The notes under the pieces were generated by a model. The model saw nothing but the letters and a program-made list of their open reading frames with translations. It did no database searches and was not told the origin of the DNA. The position numbers and the translations under genes were made by a program. This document shows positions 61,707 through 64,000 of a stretch of 64,000 nt of DNA, piece by piece (position 1 is the stretch's first letter; the number at the start of each line of letters is the position of its first letter). The stretch is from positions 800,001 to 864,000 of the forward strand of contig CAVWVI010000004.1 in assembly GCA_963758495.1 (NCBI GenBank). The letters are read 5' to 3'. This stretch comes from Oligoflexia bacterium (GTDB lineage: Bacteria > Bdellovibrionota > UBA1018).

Positions 61707-62608
61707 TGTTGAGAATACCATTCTCTTAAATGAGTATGGAATAATCGTGCAGACTTCTCGTATTGAAACCCTTTTAACTCATTAAACCATATACAATCAA
61801 TGAGCTCTGGCTTTCCGGTTTTAATATAAAATAGCCGCCCTTTTTTTAAATAAGAATCCACCACAAATTTGGGAACAATGCCCACACCGACATTTTTTAA
61901 AATGAGTTCTAATACAAAATCAATGGTTGCTCCATAAGCTCTCACTTGAAAAGAACTAGGCTCTTTTCCAAAATGATGCTGAATCCAGCTTTTAAACAGT
62001 TGACCATCCTGATAATATTCAACTACAGGTAATGCTTGAACTTGATTTAAGCTGGGTCTTTCACAGAAAAACTTCTTCGCCGTTACCAACACCAGTTCAT
62101 CTTCAAAAAGCCGTGTCGCAGAAATACTGTTAGTTTCATGATTGAGAGGATAGATAGATAATGCTAGGTCAATTTTATGTTCTAATAAAGAGGATCGAAG
62201 ATCGGCTTGAGAAAGAAATACCAGCTTCACTCGAATTAAGGAATATTTAAGCAAAAACTGAGCTAATAATCCGCTCAACCGGCTTTTTGGAAATCCAATA
62301 AATAAGCCAATCCGCACTATACCCGAAGGGGCTTTCTCTACCAAACTCAAACTTTCTACAGTTTTATGGAGGTGATGTTGGTAGTCTCTAATCGAATTAA
62401 ATAAGATTGAACCCGCTTCGCTGAGGATCAATTTTTTCCCCACTCGATGAAATAATCGAATATTCAACGAATCTTCCAGACTTGAAATAGCTTGGCTGAT
62501 TGCAGATCGAGTCAACAATAGCTTAACTGCTGCCTTGGAAATACCATCACTTTCTACGACGGCTAAGAATGTATTGAGTTTATTCAGATCAATTTGGTTA
62601 AGTTCCAT
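61685..62608 (-). CDS. LysR-family transcriptional regulator
   Basis: DLNKLNTF..V...GISKAA..L..TRSAISQAI..LE..L...LFHR, plus a substrate-binding domain. Confidence 0.95.
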   Translation of the reverse strand: MELNQIDLNKLNTFLAVVESDGISKAAVKLLLTRSAISQAISSLEDSLNIRLFHRVGKKLILSEAGSILFNSIRDYQHHLHKTVESLSLVEKAPSGIVRIGLFIGFPKSRLSGLLAQFLLKYSLIRVKLVFLSQADLRSSLLEHKIDLALSIYPLNHETNSISATRLFEDELVLVTAKKFFCERPSLNQVQALPVVEYYQDGQLFKSWIQHHFGKEPSSFQVRAYGATIDFVLELILKNVGVGIVPKFVVDSYLKKGRLFYIKTGKPELIDCIWFNELKGFQYEKSARLFHTHLREWYSQHSACQQP

Positions 62609-62669
62609 TAAACAAAGTGTTTAATTGATTTAATTTTACTAATCAATAGAAGTCCATCATATGTAGTGA

Positions 62670-63326
62670 ATGAAATTTACTGAAACACTCGTAATGAAGC
62701 TTTCGGATAAACATCTTTTAAAACATGAGTTTTATCAGGCATGGAGTGCGGGCACAATATCTTTGGAAACATTGCGTCTCTATGCTCAGCAATATTATCA
62801 GCATGTCAAAGCTTTTCCTCGATATATTAGCGCTACTCATTCAAATTGTGATGATATTCGAGCAAGACAAGTGCTGTTGGAAAATCTAAATGAAGAAGAA
62901 GGTGGATCTAATCACCACCCTGAGCTTTGGATGCGCTTCGCCGAGGGTCTAGGAGCACCTCGCGCAACTTTGACTCATCCTGAATTACTTCCAGAAACTT
63001 GTGAATTAGTGAACACTTTTTTAACGTCCTCACGTCGCTCATATGCAGAAGGTTTGGGCGTATTATTTGCTTATGAGCATCAAATTCCTGAAATTGCTAC
63101 TTTCAAAATCGATGCACTTAAGAAGCATTACTGCATAGAAGACCCATCAACACTTGAGTTTTTCGAAGTACACCGACAAGCCGATGTTTATCACACTCAG
63201 GCATTGAGCAATCTATTAGAAGAACTTTCTACTACCGAAAAACTGCAAACTGAAAAAGCCGCTCAAATTGCAGCAAATCAGCTTTGGAGATTTTTAGATG
63301 GCATCCACCGCACCCAGTCTATTTAG
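62670..63326 (+). CDS. CADD-family (CT610/PqqC-TenA fold) putative p-aminobenzoate synthase
   Basis: HLLKHEFY..W..G, YY.HVKAFPRY, ENL.EEE....H.ELW, YEHQIPEIA..K and H..AD..H. Located upstream of folB/folK. Confidence 0.92.
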   Translation: MKFTETLVMKLSDKHLLKHEFYQAWSAGTISLETLRLYAQQYYQHVKAFPRYISATHSNCDDIRARQVLLENLNEEEGGSNHHPELWMRFAEGLGAPRATLTHPELLPETCELVNTFLTSSRRSYAEGLGVLFAYEHQIPEIATFKIDALKKHYCIEDPSTLEFFEVHRQADVYHTQALSNLLEELSTTEKLQTEKAAQIAANQLWRFLDGIHRTQSI

Positions 63327-63684
63327 TACCCTTGCTCTTCATAGTCTAAAATATAAAGTCAGGTTAGGATGCACTCCCGAGGAGCGTAGCGTCCCTCAGG
63401 GTGTTCGATTTGACATTCAAATTCGATTTGAGTCTCTTCCTGGAGGCAGCTTCAACGACGACCTGAACGAAACGATCTGCTACGCTAAGTTAAGTAATCG
63501 AGCCCGAGTGATTTGTGATATGCGAGAGTACCAGCTGATTGAAAAGTTAGGATGGGATGCATTTTCTGCTTTAAAAGAAATCATCCCCCCCAACGTGAAG
63601 CTTTGGCTTCGTGTTACAAAAGAAAAGCCTCCTGTAGCTGAGTTAGAGGGGGGTGCGAGCTTTAGCGTGGGAGAATGGATTTAG
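63298..63684 (+). CDS. folB: Dihydroneopterin aldolase
   Basis: LGCTPEER..PQ.V.FDI, DDLNETICY, LIEKL and K.KPPV. Confidence 0.9.
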   Translation: MASTAPSLFSTLALHSLKYKVRLGCTPEERSVPQGVRFDIQIRFESLPGGSFNDDLNETICYAKLSNRARVICDMREYQLIEKLGWDAFSALKEIIPPNVKLWLRVTKEKPPVAELEGGASFSVGEWI

Positions 63685-63689
63685 CTTTC

Positions 63690-64000
63690 ATGATTTTGCT
63701 AGGTTTGGGAAGTAACTGTGGAGATCGAATAGGTTATTTGCGTGCGGCAATTCAAAAATTGAAATCAGGAGAAGGTCCCTCTTCGATAAAAATTTTTGCA
63801 ATTTCTCCCATTTATGAATCAGATGCACTTTTACCTGAAAATGCCCCCCCGAGCTGGGATCAAGCATTCCTGAATTTAACTATTCTTGCAAAAACAAATC
63901 TTTCTCCTACTGAACTTCTGAAAGTCGTTAAATCCATTGAAAAGTCCATCGGCAGAAAAGACCGTGGTCGTTGGGCTCCAAGAGAAATCGATATTGATAT
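63690..64000 (+). CDS. folK: HPPK (FolK), partial; possibly the N-terminus of a FolK-FolP fusion
   Basis: Hand translation MILLGLGSNCGDR..SPIYESDALLPENAPPSWDQAFLN..RWAPREIDID, running off the right edge. Alternative ATG at 63675. Confidence 0.93.
   Translation, partial: MILLGLGSNCGDRIGYLRAAIQKLKSGEGPSSIKIFAISPIYESDALLPENAPPSWDQAFLNLTILAKTNLSPTELLKVVKSIEKSIGRKDRGRWAPREIDID

Overview
Bacterial chromosomal window, moderately AT-rich. Gene content and protein style suggest Bdellovibionota-like (Bdellovibrionota) origin; this is an inference. The housekeeping backbone comprises pgeF, oppA, ccdA/VKOR-DsbA/tatD, yhaM, ygfZ, sucAB-lpdA, ftsEX-envC-ctpA-xseA, tolQRAB, a thiolase, a sigma54 activator, purA and tRNA-Lys. 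No CRISPR array, prophage, rRNA or intact transposase was seen. Five things stand out. (1) A phoBR / DUF47-PiT locus sits directly upstream of a PHP phosphoesterase (frameshifted) - ceramide glucosyltransferase - GH1 glucosidase operon with 11-bp-spaced direct repeats in its promoter, a candidate phosphate-starvation glyco(sphingo)lipid remodelling system. (2) Several secreted eukaryote-like proteins occur: ankyrin+RING finger+C-type-lectin-fold, a 1554-aa coiled-coil kinase, a kinase-like neighbour and ankyrin relics. (3) A Chlamydia/Rickettsiales-type CADD-folB-folK folate module lies divergent from a LysR gene. (4) A 165-bp MITE with an 8-bp target duplication is nested in a dispersed palindromic repeat whose empty form is also in the window. 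(5) Smaller oddities include a poly-T frameshift in an OMP signal peptide, a pseudo-PP2C, a His-less Hpt-like protein and tandem duplications spanning stop codons.
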